A DNA stretch of 64,000 nucleotides from an uncultured virus (IMG/VR IMGVR_UViG_3300006417_000331). Lineage: Duplodnaviria; Heunggongvirae; Uroviricota; Caudoviricetes. A program made the position numbers and the translations under genes. The stretch lies in IMG/VR virus record IMGVR_UViG_3300006417_000331; one strand, written 5' to 3'. The first letter of the stretch is position 1, and each line of letters opens with the position of its first letter. Below are positions 28,636-37,493 of this stretch, piece after piece. Under the pieces are notes generated by a model. That model saw nothing but the letters and a program-made list of their open reading frames with translations, did no database searches and was not told the origin of the DNA.

Positions 28636-28920
28636 TTAATCTGTTAGGATTCGATTCGCTTCATCCACTGACAGCGATCCTACGTAGCTATAAGTTTTTA
28701 GCAGCTTGTTGAAAACAAACCCATCGTAAGCAGGGCTTCCTTTTTTGAAACACGCTATTTCTCCACAAAGGAATATCTCGTAGGATTTCCCTGTATTCTT
28801 TAATACAGGATAAGAATTCCCTAAGAAGTAATGATAAATATCACCATCCACTTCATCCTCTTGTTCTACAAAATCGTTGAACGAGAGTTGTGATTCAGTC
28901 CACTCTTGCATGGTTTTCAT
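28636..28920 (-). CDS. Hypothetical phage protein (DUF1419-like motif)
   Basis: EVD.DIY.YFL...P...F.CGE. Confidence 0.5.
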   Translation of the reverse strand: MKTMQEWTESQLSFNDFVEQEDEVDGDIYHYFLGNSYPVLKNTGKSYEIFLCGEIACFKKGSPAYDGFVFNKLLKTYSYVGSLSVDEANRILTD

Positions 28921-29445
28921 TGAATACCCCGTTTGTTAGGACTCGATTAGGACTCGATTAGTATTTAACCATTACACAATCGGTAATCCGATCATGGTAA
29001 GTAGTGATGCCCTGCAATGAAACATCACGAAGATACTGCTTTATTTCAATAAGCAGTATAGTAATATAAAAATCATTTACCGGCATATATTCAAATGACA
29101 TTGCACTTCTCCTGAAGGGGTCGCGGGTCAGGCGACGATTGAAACCGATAAAGCCCACTTCATGAATGGGCTTGACGATTGCAATAACAACGACTACAAC
29201 TACGGCATTACTTTCCAGTCCTGAATAAAGTTGCCATAATCATCAATGAATCCATAGTCTCCCTGCACTCTATCAACCCAATTCCAATTGAACTGACGCT
29301 CACTGGATGGGAGTGGCTCAATTAAATACATCGAACAACAAATAATCATCTTTGATCCTTAATAGGATAATGTATCACATTCAATGATACATTAAGGGTT
29401 AGTTAAATGGGTTTCCCATTCGAGAGTTTCAACAACGACATTCTC

Positions 29446-29646
29446 CTAGTACGTCTTTGTGATCTCGATATGAATAGAGTCATCAAGTCTTCCGTCACAT
29501 TCCCAAGTGAAGTCTGATATTCTAAAGATTCTGTATCCCTCTTTTTTCAACCGATGTATGGCGCGTTCCACGCATAAAATAGCTTCATGCACCGATGAGG
29601 TAAATTCGCGGGCACTGATTGATCCTGTTACTTCGATAGCGATCAT
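29446..29646 (-). CDS. Hypothetical protein
   Basis: GGAG RBS. Confidence 0.5.
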   Translation of the reverse strand: MIAIEVTGSISAREFTSSVHEAILCVERAIHRLKKEGYRIFRISDFTWECDGRLDDSIHIEITKTY

Positions 29647-29659
29647 AATGATTCTCCAA

Positions 29660-29685
29660 TAAAAAAGCCGCTGGTTAGGCGGCTT
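29660..29685 (-). terminator. Rho-independent terminator
   Basis: Minus strand AAGCCGCCTAACCAGCGGCTTTTTT. Confidence 0.7.
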
Positions 29686-29904
29686 GTGAGTGAAATGGAT
29701 TACTTCATCAGCGGTACTTGATAAATACCGCTTGTGAAATAATCAATCTCCTTAATAACAAGGTAGCGCCTACCATCGAAACGTGGCTTGTAGGCGCTAC
29801 CTTGTGCTTAGAATTGAAACAGGACTCAAAGCGAGTCCGGGCGATTCATCGGTGGATCTCCGAATCCGGTTTTGTCGAGACCGGAAACTCGATTTTTACT
29901 TCTT

Positions 29905-30321
29905 TTACTTCGTCGGCCACCCTTCAAACCCGTCCAGCGGCGTATCGCCGCAGGGTCGGACGAATCCTTCGTGCCGGAATACGGCGGTCTTCCTGACCGT
30001 TCCGTCGGGCTGGATAGCCTCCTCCACCACCCTACGGCTAAAGGCATAGACCGGTCTGAATCCGGCCATCAGCAGCGCCTGCTCAAGCGGGCGCATGAAA
30101 AAAGGAGCGCCCCCGATCATACATTCGGAAACCACTCCCCTCGTTGCGCGGATGGCGATTTCGGCAACCTCGATGGCGCGGCGCGGCAGATCATCCGCTT
30201 CGGGCAACTCCTCAAAATTGAGGAGCATTTTCAGAGCGGCGAGATCATCGCCGCTCAAATCAACCACCCCCTGAGCGATTTGCTCAGGTGTGGCGGGGTG
30301 CTGAGTGAGATTAAGAATCAT
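29905..30321 (-). CDS. Csx20/Crn1-like small CARF-fold protein, candidate ring nuclease
   Basis: ILNLTQH..T.EQ N-terminus, MIGG, and PVYAFSRRVVEE...DG.V.K..VFRH.GF C-terminus; AAGGAG RBS. Confidence 0.55.
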   Translation of the reverse strand: MILNLTQHPATPEQIAQGVVDLSGDDLAALKMLLNFEELPEADDLPRRAIEVAEIAIRATRGVVSECMIGGAPFFMRPLEQALLMAGFRPVYAFSRRVVEEAIQPDGTVRKTAVFRHEGFVRPCGDTPLDGFEGWPTK

Positions 30322-30707
30322 TTTTTCTCTCCTTCTTATCGAGAGTTCATTCGGGAACTCTCAAACCGTCTATAAGAACTCGATGAATGCTTATAGAGAA
30401 GGACTCGCGGGACTCGCGGGACTCGTTGTATTCTGCGAGAATGAGTTATAAATCATTCTCTACTTTATTCCTAATTGCTTTATATAGAGATAAAGCAATA
30501 GAAAGGGTATACGTATATACCTGTGCGCGTGTGCGCGTATTTAATATATTACGCGCCTACGCCTACGCGACATCATCAATCAAAGCCAGATAGCGCTAAA
30601 TCGCCGTTTTAAGACACTTTACTAGCCTAGCCGCTATCCGACTATTGTTTTTAGCTAAAGTGTCTTAAAACGTCAATTTGATGGGTTGTACGCGAAAGTT
30701 GCGCGCA

Positions 30708-30735
30708 CAAAAAAGCCCGGATTTAGTCCGGGCTT
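30708..30735 (-). terminator. Rho-independent terminator
   Basis: Minus strand AAGCCCGGACTAAATCCGGGCTTTTTT. Confidence 0.75.
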
Positions 30736-30773
30736 ATAAGGCCTAGAGACAAGTTGATTATAGATGGAAGGGA

Positions 30774-30962
30774 CTACTTAATCCCTTCGCTTAGTGCAGC
30801 ATACGCCGCAAATTCGTTTCTAATTGCCCGCTTGCGACGGGCCTGGTAAGATGGCGATACCCAGTGTCCATTATCGGACACTGGCTTTTCAGAAGCGGAA
30901 ATCATCCGCTTCAAAAAGATCACAGCGCAAGCGATTGCGCTGATTACCGCAAACGTTTCCAT
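30774..30962 (-). CDS. Small protein with an N-terminal membrane anchor
   Basis: AGGAGG RBS; hydrophobic N-terminus. Confidence 0.6.
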   Translation of the reverse strand: METFAVISAIACAVIFLKRMISASEKPVSDNGHWVSPSYQARRKRAIRNEFAAYAALSEGIK

Positions 30963-31099
30963 TTTTCCTCCTATTGCCGGATCGTCTAGCCACGATCCGG
31001 CGGTATGCTCTTTCGAGCGAAAATGATTTAGTATTTATTTCAATACTAAATCATTTTCAGTGATACCCCCGGCCCGAAAAAAAGGCCGGGGGCTTTTGT

Positions 31100-31930
31100 T
31101 CAACTCGCTGCTTTTAGTGCAGCTAGTTGAGCTTCCAGTGCCGCAACTCGTTCAGCAGCGGCGGCGGCGGCGGCGATAGCCGCCTTTTCCCGCTCCGTCG
31201 CGTCCATCGAAATGGACACGGCGACGGTAGCCGCATCGTGCAGACGCGCTTGCACAGCTTCCTTTGCCGCCTTTTCAGCAGCTTCCTTTGCCGCCGCTTG
31301 CCGGGCCTCTTCAGCCGCTGAAGCGGCGTGAAGCAGACCGATCTCGAAGTCGCTCGTCTCTATGAGACGAAGCGACCATTTTTCCACCTCATCGCGGATC
31401 CGATCCGCGATGACAACTTCCCAGCCACGCGCTCGCAGGAAGCACATAGCTTCCTGCTCACGAGCGGCTTCTTGCTCACGAACAGCTATTTCAGCGGCTC
31501 TCATGTCCGGGCTTTTCAGACCGAACATCTGCAACTGACCTTCCGGCACATGCCGGAAAGCCATCGTGAACGCCGCATTTAGCGGCGTCGCGTCGAAAAA
31601 CGGCTGGACAAGTCCTGCTATTTCCGGATTCGGGATCGGGTTTTCACCCGTCCCGACAAACAGCGCCGGGACTGATTTGATCAGCCCAAGCGCCGCCAAA
31701 TCTTCCAGTGCCCGCCGAATGGCGGCCACGCCGTTCGTGGACGAGGAAGCCGATGGCTTCCTTGAAGCGGCTTCCTTGCCGTAAAAAATCCGGCTGGCGC
31801 AATTATTTAGTGCGCCCGCGTTCGCAAATCCTAGCTCAAGCGCTAGGTCCGCCCGCCCCCCCCGAAGAGCAATACGCTCTTCGTAGCGAGCGACTCCAAG
31901 ACTTCTGAGTTTGTTCTCTTGTGGACTCAT
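31100..31930 (-). CDS. First gene of the leftward arm; possible N-terminal HTH and Ala-rich coiled coil
   Basis: AAGGAG RBS; RADLALELGFANAGAL; AAKEAAEKAAKE. Confidence 0.65.
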   Translation of the reverse strand: MSPQENKLRSLGVARYEERIALRGGRADLALELGFANAGALNNCASRIFYGKEAASRKPSASSSTNGVAAIRRALEDLAALGLIKSVPALFVGTGENPIPNPEIAGLVQPFFDATPLNAAFTMAFRHVPEGQLQMFGLKSPDMRAAEIAVREQEAAREQEAMCFLRARGWEVVIADRIRDEVEKWSLRLIETSDFEIGLLHAASAAEEARQAAAKEAAEKAAKEAVQARLHDAATVAVSISMDATEREKAAIAAAAAAAERVAALEAQLAALKAAS

Positions 31931-32273
31931 TTCAAACTCCTTCGCGGCATTGCCGCTTCGTTGTAAAAACTTTTTAAGCCAGGTTTCTGGCCGAAAAAGT
32001 TTTTACAACATCATCACTCAGAAGAATAAGAATCATTCTGAGTGATTGATCCTGGAAAAAACCAATCGATTTTAATAGATGCGAGAGTCATGCCACGAAA
32101 TGACCTTAACGATCATTAAAGTAATCTTGTTATTTATTAACAAGTTAATAATTTATTGTTTGTTTTAATTAACAACTAACTCATGCTTAGATAACAACAT
32201 CACGTCATAAAGTGACTATAAGCGTCATCTTATGACGTGATGTTGCTATTTATTTAGATGTTCTCTATCAAAT

Positions 32274-32292
32274 GATAATGATAACCATTATC
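32274..32292. promoter_or_regulatory. Fur box
   Basis: GATAATGATAACCATTATC, an 18/19 match to the classical GATAATGATAATCATTATC, inside a longer palindrome TCAAATGATAATG...CATTATCATTTGA. Confidence 0.7.
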
Positions 32293-32305
32293 ATTTGAGC
32301 GGATA

Positions 32306-32333
32306 TTGACGGATAAACACGTATTGTTATAGT
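32306..32333 (+). promoter_or_regulatory. Sigma70-like promoter
   Basis: TTGACG-16 bp-TATAGT with TG extended -10. Confidence 0.5.
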
Positions 32334-32800
32334 TGTTTATACTTATATGTAATCACAACTATAACACTATTGGGGTATATCTGTATTAAAAAGGTTACAT
32401 TTAGAGAGAGTAAGAGAGAGAGTAAGAGAGAGAGAGTGTCAGCACCCTCCTATATCTACTCACAAAAAGCGTATAAGCGCTTTGTTTTGCCCCCAGTGAC
32501 ACGATCTGTTTGAAGCCGCACGCCAGCAGCGCCCCCCCGCGAGCCCCACATTTGCTGTCAAATTTGCTCTTACATACGTTCGTTGTTAATCACGAACAGT
32601 TAGAGATGACTTCGATCTAAAGACACAATCTTTCTTTATCTCTTTATCTATATGTGCAGTTCGCAGCAGCGTTAACAATAGAGATCGTTGTAGACNNCAG
32701 CGTACAACGGCTCCTCAGTGCAGTCGGGACTGACATTTTATAGCCGGGACGATGAGGGGGCACTAACCCCATCCCTACTTTTTTCAAACAAAAAAGACTA

Positions 32801-32829
32801 TTGCAATAGCAGTCATAACTACCTAAAAT
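32801..32829 (+). promoter_or_regulatory. Sigma70-like promoter for the XRE pair
   Basis: TTGCAA-17 bp-TAAAAT. Confidence 0.6.
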
Positions 32830-32860
32830 GTAACAATTTAACTTTTAGAAGGGTATTTCA

Positions 32861-33274
32861 ATGAATCGGATCGTTGATGTGATCGAAGCGGGACGGTGGG
32901 CACCGATGAGTAACAAGCGTAGCCGGGGTGCGTTCAATCGGGGGTTAAAACCAAAGAATATCTTTGAGGAGATTCGATTCAAACTACAACTGTCTCAGGT
33001 TGAATTTGCAGAATTGATTAGTAGTTCTAAGCAAAGAATCAGTCTTTATGAGACTGGAGACCAATTCCCAAGGATTGAAACAGCAATAAAAATACAAGCT
33101 GTTGCAAAAAATCATGGAATTGAAGTTACTCTTGATGAACTCTATAGTGACTTAAAAGAGGCTTTGAATGAAAAAGAAAGTAAGAATACCTTTTTCAAAG
33201 GACGGGAAAATTACCTTAGCGAACGATTACACGAGATCGACAACGAGAAACGGAACGGTGAAGGAGGAAATTAA
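32861..33274 (+). CDS. XRE-family HTH regulator 1
   Basis: IRFKLQLSQVEFAELISSSKQRISLYETG..FP...VTLDELY. Confidence 0.85.
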   Translation: MNRIVDVIEAGRWAPMSNKRSRGAFNRGLKPKNIFEEIRFKLQLSQVEFAELISSSKQRISLYETGDQFPRIETAIKIQAVAKNHGIEVTLDELYSDLKEALNEKESKNTFFKGRENYLSERLHEIDNEKRNGEGGN

Positions 33275-33590
33275 CACGCCAGTCGCCATGATTCGCAAAA
33301 TGCTCAGAATGAGTCGGAAAGAATTTAGCGTAGCGTGTAATATCAATATCAATACCCTATATCTATTAGATATGGGAAAGATATATCCTTCACCGTTGAT
33401 GGCAAAGAGGATTCAAGAGGTGGCGCGACGGAATGGGTTAGCCGTCACCCTGGATGAGATGTATCAGAATCTGATTCTGGATTTCAATGAACTACTAAGT
33501 TCAATGAATGGAAGGAAGAAAAGAGATGAGGTATCCATCAATCATGAATCACCGTCTCCAGTTGATCCAGCAGATTCATCACAATCTTGA
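33168..33590 (+). CDS. XRE-family HTH regulator 2 (paralog)
   Basis: IRKMLRMSRKEFS...TLYLLDMGK.YP...VTLDEMY. Confidence 0.75.
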   Translation: MKKKVRIPFSKDGKITLANDYTRSTTRNGTVKEEINTPVAMIRKMLRMSRKEFSVACNININTLYLLDMGKIYPSPLMAKRIQEVARRNGLAVTLDEMYQNLILDFNELLSSMNGRKKRDEVSINHESPSPVDPADSSQS

Positions 33591-34032
33591 TATAGGAAGG
33601 TCGAGTCCGAAGAATACGAAGGGTGAGTTTTTCATACTCATTCTCCGCTTCACGTAAGGGCCGCATCGGGCCTCTACCCGTATACAACCAGTCGAGAGAG
33701 ATATTCAGCACCTTACAAACAAGGATTCCGGTTTCTATTTCAGGCTTACTACGTCCAGACATCCAGGTTGAAATGGTATTCTGTTTTACCTTAAACATCC
33801 GTGCCAGTTTTTCCTGAGCAAAAGAATGGTAATCAGATTCACGGATTGCCACCCTTATTCGCATCGAAAACTCAAGGTCGTATTCTGTGTTGTCTTCATA
33901 ATAAACAGAGGGTTGTTTATTTATTAGAGCTTTAGCAAGTATCAACATATGATTGGTAACAATATCAGATTCGTTTTCTACATCAGATTCATTCATATCA
34001 TCTGAAAGATTGTTATCTGAAGAAGTATTCAT
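33538..34032 (-). CDS. CI-like HTH repressor without a peptidase domain
   Basis: QEKLARMFKVKQNTISTWMSGRSKP...LNISLDWLYTGRGPM. Confidence 0.85.
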   Translation of the reverse strand: MNTSSDNNLSDDMNESDVENESDIVTNHMLILAKALINKQPSVYYEDNTEYDLEFSMRIRVAIRESDYHSFAQEKLARMFKVKQNTISTWMSGRSKPEIETGILVCKVLNISLDWLYTGRGPMRPLREAENEYEKLTLRILRTRPSYIKIVMNLLDQLETVIHD

Positions 34033-34129
34033 TATTTTTCCTTAAAAGATGATGATAGATTAGTCATAAAGAACTATACAACGATGAGTTGTAGTTTTAT
34101 AACTCTATCATTCTTTATATTACAGATCA

Positions 34130-34387
34130 ATGCGAGATGATATTATGTTTGAAAAAGAGTTACTAACTATCCTTGGAGATAAAAGGAAAAGTACAGGGTG
34201 GTTAACAGTAGCCACAGAAATGAACTATTCTGTTAGCCAATTGCAACAGTTAGTAACAGATCAACAACTATCCTTCGATCAATCACTTGATTTAGTAAGG
34301 GTAAGTAAAAGTCCTGAACTGCTGCGCTACATCATGAATCGGTTGGATTTAGGTTCGATGGATATGCCCGCTACGCTTATTCATTGA
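34130..34387 (+). CDS. Small putative regulator (Cro/CII position)
   Basis: Divergent from the CI-like gene; VATEMNYSVSQL. Confidence 0.4.
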   Translation: MRDDIMFEKELLTILGDKRKSTGWLTVATEMNYSVSQLQQLVTDQQLSFDQSLDLVRVSKSPELLRYIMNRLDLGSMDMPATLIH

Positions 34388-34430
34388 CTAGAAATATCTT
34401 TGATAGCTGTGAAGGCTGTGAAGGCTGTGA

Positions 34431-34492
34431 ANNNNNNNNNNNNNNNNNNNNNNNNNNNNNNNNNNNNNNNNNNNNNNNNNNNNNNNNNNNNN
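34431..34492. other. Assembly gap (N run), preceded by (GCTGTGAAG)n
   Basis: Visible directly. Confidence 0.95.
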
Positions 34493-34626
34493 TAATAGGC
34501 TTCACCGCAGGTATCGCATACTTCACCGGGCACTTCCTGAACGACGATGACCGTTCCCTCGCGTTCTAGAGTGATACTGGACGTTCCGGGTCGAGATTCT
34601 CCAAAGGAGCAAAAAAAGCATTTCAT
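34493..34626 (-). CDS. YgiT/MqsA-type zinc-finger protein, 3' end lost in an assembly gap
   Basis: MKCFFC...G...ITLEREGTVIVVQEVPGEVCDTCGEAY. Confidence 0.75.
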
Positions 34627-35057
34627 CGTATTATCCTCTTGGTAAAAACGAAAAATCAAAATTATCATTATATTTAATTAAAGACAATAAATAATATAAG
34701 TAAATGTATATTATTTACATATTATTATTCTTTAATTATATAATTCTTACTAATAGATATAGATATTTTACATTACTTAAATTCTTTATTGATCTAGATT
34801 ATTTACAATAGATATTATTTATATCTTTAATGATTCTTGTACATATATATTAGATCAAGTCCCCCTTCCGGGGTGTTTCCAAGTTTAATTGCAGTTTTTT
34901 ACCTTGTCAAGCTATATTTTATTTATTTATTAAAATCAGTAAGTTGCTATCATCACGGACGAGCTTTCGGCAAAATTGGGGGTATCACTTTGAGGTTGCC
35001 ACCAATGATTTTAGGTGATAGATTATTTACATTGTAAATCATCTAGCGGGAGGTCTA

Positions 35058-35543
35058 ATGAAAGAGGTTGCTGTGAATATCAGGATGACGGAGGATGTGA
35101 AGGCGCTATGGAAGGCGATGGCGCAACGTGAAAATCGCTCGATGAGTAGTTACATTGAGTTGTTGTTGACTAACGAACGAGATCGGATTAAGAACGAGCA
35201 GTTCACAGTGAAGGATGTCCTTGATCTGTTGAACCAGGTGTTGCAAAAAATCAATACGCCGAAGAAAGCTAAAGTAAAGGATGATCCTTCACCTATTCAT
35301 GATGTTGAACTCCCTGAAGGATTTGATCCTGAGTTATGGGAAGCATGGGTGATTCATAAGCGCAAGATGGGAATTCCGATGAAGCACTATCAAGCGCAAA
35401 AGGAAGCTCAGCTTCTTGCTAAATATGAAGAAGATGAAGGATGGGATATTGAGTTGTTGATCAAGGAGTTAATACATTCATGCGCCAGAAGTATTTACAT
35501 CCCTACCCAATGGCGGTATGCAACCACCAGGAAGCAAAAATAA
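35058..35543 (+). CDS. Arc/RHH N-terminus fused to a replication-organiser-like C-terminal domain
   Basis: VNIRMTEDVK...AQRENRSMSSYI; LPEGFDPELWEAWV.H.RK. Confidence 0.6.
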   Translation: MKEVAVNIRMTEDVKALWKAMAQRENRSMSSYIELLLTNERDRIKNEQFTVKDVLDLLNQVLQKINTPKKAKVKDDPSPIHDVELPEGFDPELWEAWVIHKRKMGIPMKHYQAQKEAQLLAKYEEDEGWDIELLIKELIHSCARSIYIPTQWRYATTRKQK

Positions 35544-35616
35544 GCCAATATTTTTTATCCTATATAATCATTCAAAATGATTTTTATCATTTTTATAATA
35601 CTCTCTTGGAGCCTGT

Positions 35617-37410
35617 ATGACCCCTGCCTTGCTTTCTTCAATCCTGAATCGCAACGCTGAACGTATCTGTCAACACTTGTTACCGAATGGACGTAGAAAG
35701 ACTGGAGAGTGGGTTTGTGGCGATTTAAGCGGTAAACCAGGGGAAAGCCTCAAGATTGTGATTGATGGAGACAAGACCGGGGTAGGGAGTGATTTTGCGA
35801 CAGGTCAGCGTTTCGGGGATTTGCTGGATGTCTGGTGTGCCGTGCAGGGGGTAGGGTTGTCCGAAGCCATGGAGCAAGCCTGTTCATACCTTGGGATTGT
35901 TGATGACGCCAAGAGCAGTCGGCCTACCAAGAGCTACGCGAAGCCGAATCGGCCCACCACAGTAAAGCGCTTAACGCCAGGGGGGAAGGTCTATCATTAC
36001 CTGAAGTTGCGTGGATTAACCGATGCGTGTTTGGAAGATTTCAGAATTGCGGAGGAAGGCGATTGGATGGTGTTCCCATCGCTACGAAATGGCGAATTGG
36101 TCAATATCAAATACATTCACATTGACCGAACGATTGATGGCAAAAAACAAGTTAGGCAGGAAAAAGGAGCAGAACCCTGTCTATTTGGATGGCAGGCCCT
36201 CGATCTGCGGTTTCCCACTACGCGCTTTGTGTGTTTAACGGAAGGCCAAATTGACGCCGCTACCCTGCATCAATGCGGATTGCCCGCGTTGAGTGTTCCC
36301 AATGGTGGCGGCGGTGGCGGCAAACAGGATTGGATTGAAACGGAGTATGATCGGCTCAGTCGCTTCGATACCTTGTACCTGTGCCTGGATAATGACGAAG
36401 CAGGGCAGCAGGCGACGAAAGAGATTATCCATCGAATAGGTCCAGAACGCTGTCGAATCGTTACCTTACCTTACAAGGATGCGAACGAATGCTTCAGCAA
36501 AGGCATCAATAACTTTCAACGCTACCTACTTTCATCTAAAGTTTTAGACCCTGAAGAATTGAAACCAGCAGATACGTTCCTTGATGCCGTGATGGATAAA
36601 TTCTATCCAACGCCCGGCAGCTATATCGGGATGAAACCTCCATTCCCAAAACTGAGTAACCATTTGTTGTTCCGCAAACAGGAGTTGATCCTGTGGACGG
36701 GAATGACCTCAAGTGGCAAATCTCTGATTTTGAATCAAGTGATGGTGAAAGGATTGGTGGATGGAGAGAAATTCGTCTGCGCTTCAATGGAAATGCCGAG
36801 CAAGGTCACGCTGTGGCGGATGATGCGGCAACTGACGGGAGAAGAATTTCCTAGCAAGGAACAAGTCCATAATGGAATGAAGTGGTTACAAGATAAGTTA
36901 TGGATGATTGATATTCTTAAAACTGCGAATCCTGACAAGATACTGAGCCTCTTTCAGTATGCCTATCGTCGTTATGGGATTACTAATTTCATTCTTGATA
37001 GTTTACTGAAGTGCGGTGTGCCAGAGAAAGATATTGATGCACAAAAGAATTTCATCAATCAGTTGATTGACTTCGTGAATATAACAGCCTCAACGATTCA
37101 TTTGGTAGCGCACATGCGAAAGGGGGAAGATATGTATACGCCTGGAGGGCTGGCGGATGTGCGCGGCGCAGCAGCGATTACTGATCTGGCGCATACCGTG
37201 ATCAGCGTGTGGAGGAATCGCAATGACAACGAAACGCAAACGTACAAGAAGAAAAAGGTTAATCCTGATAATCCAACTCCTGAGTACGATGCCTTGCTGA
37301 AGGTCGAGAAACAGCGCGAAACAGGCTGGGAAGGAAAAGCCTATCTGATCTTTGATCCAGGCTCCCTTCAGTTTCGTGAGGCTTCATCTATTCCAACCAA
37401 ACCACCCTAA
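35617..37410 (+). CDS. Primase-helicase (Toprim plus SF4, T7 gp4/Twinkle-like)
   Basis: TEGQIDA, SVPNG, CLDNDEAG, KDANE, TGMTSSGKS, SMEM, ILDSL, HLVAH.RK, KQR. Confidence 0.9.
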   Translation: MTPALLSSILNRNAERICQHLLPNGRRKTGEWVCGDLSGKPGESLKIVIDGDKTGVGSDFATGQRFGDLLDVWCAVQGVGLSEAMEQACSYLGIVDDAKSSRPTKSYAKPNRPTTVKRLTPGGKVYHYLKLRGLTDACLEDFRIAEEGDWMVFPSLRNGELVNIKYIHIDRTIDGKKQVRQEKGAEPCLFGWQALDLRFPTTRFVCLTEGQIDAATLHQCGLPALSVPNGGGGGGKQDWIETEYDRLSRFDTLYLCLDNDEAGQQATKEIIHRIGPERCRIVTLPYKDANECFSKGINNFQRYLLSSKVLDPEELKPADTFLDAVMDKFYPTPGSYIGMKPPFPKLSNHLLFRKQELILWTGMTSSGKSLILNQVMVKGLVDGEKFVCASMEMPSKVTLWRMMRQLTGEEFPSKEQVHNGMKWLQDKLWMIDILKTANPDKILSLFQYAYRRYGITNFILDSLLKCGVPEKDIDAQKNFINQLIDFVNITASTIHLVAHMRKGEDMYTPGGLADVRGAAAITDLAHTVISVWRNRNDNETQTYKKKKVNPDNPTPEYDALLKVEKQRETGWEGKAYLIFDPGSLQFREASSIPTKPP

Positions 37411-37493
37411 AACTGTATTTTTATGTTGTTAAGTATCATCAAAAATGATAAAGTATTTTCTATAACCAATGATGCTGCTGAGGATGATTTGAA

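Noticed and set aside
29905..30321. AcrIII-1 (DUF1874) identity
   Set aside because: It lacks the NAFS.NM and GH..T motifs of that family; the pattern fits Csx20-like proteins better.
30390..32860. N15-type telomere (telRL) site
   Set aside because: The IRs have spacers rather than forming one long perfect palindrome, and no protelomerase is in the window. It cannot be excluded for the unseen part of the genome.
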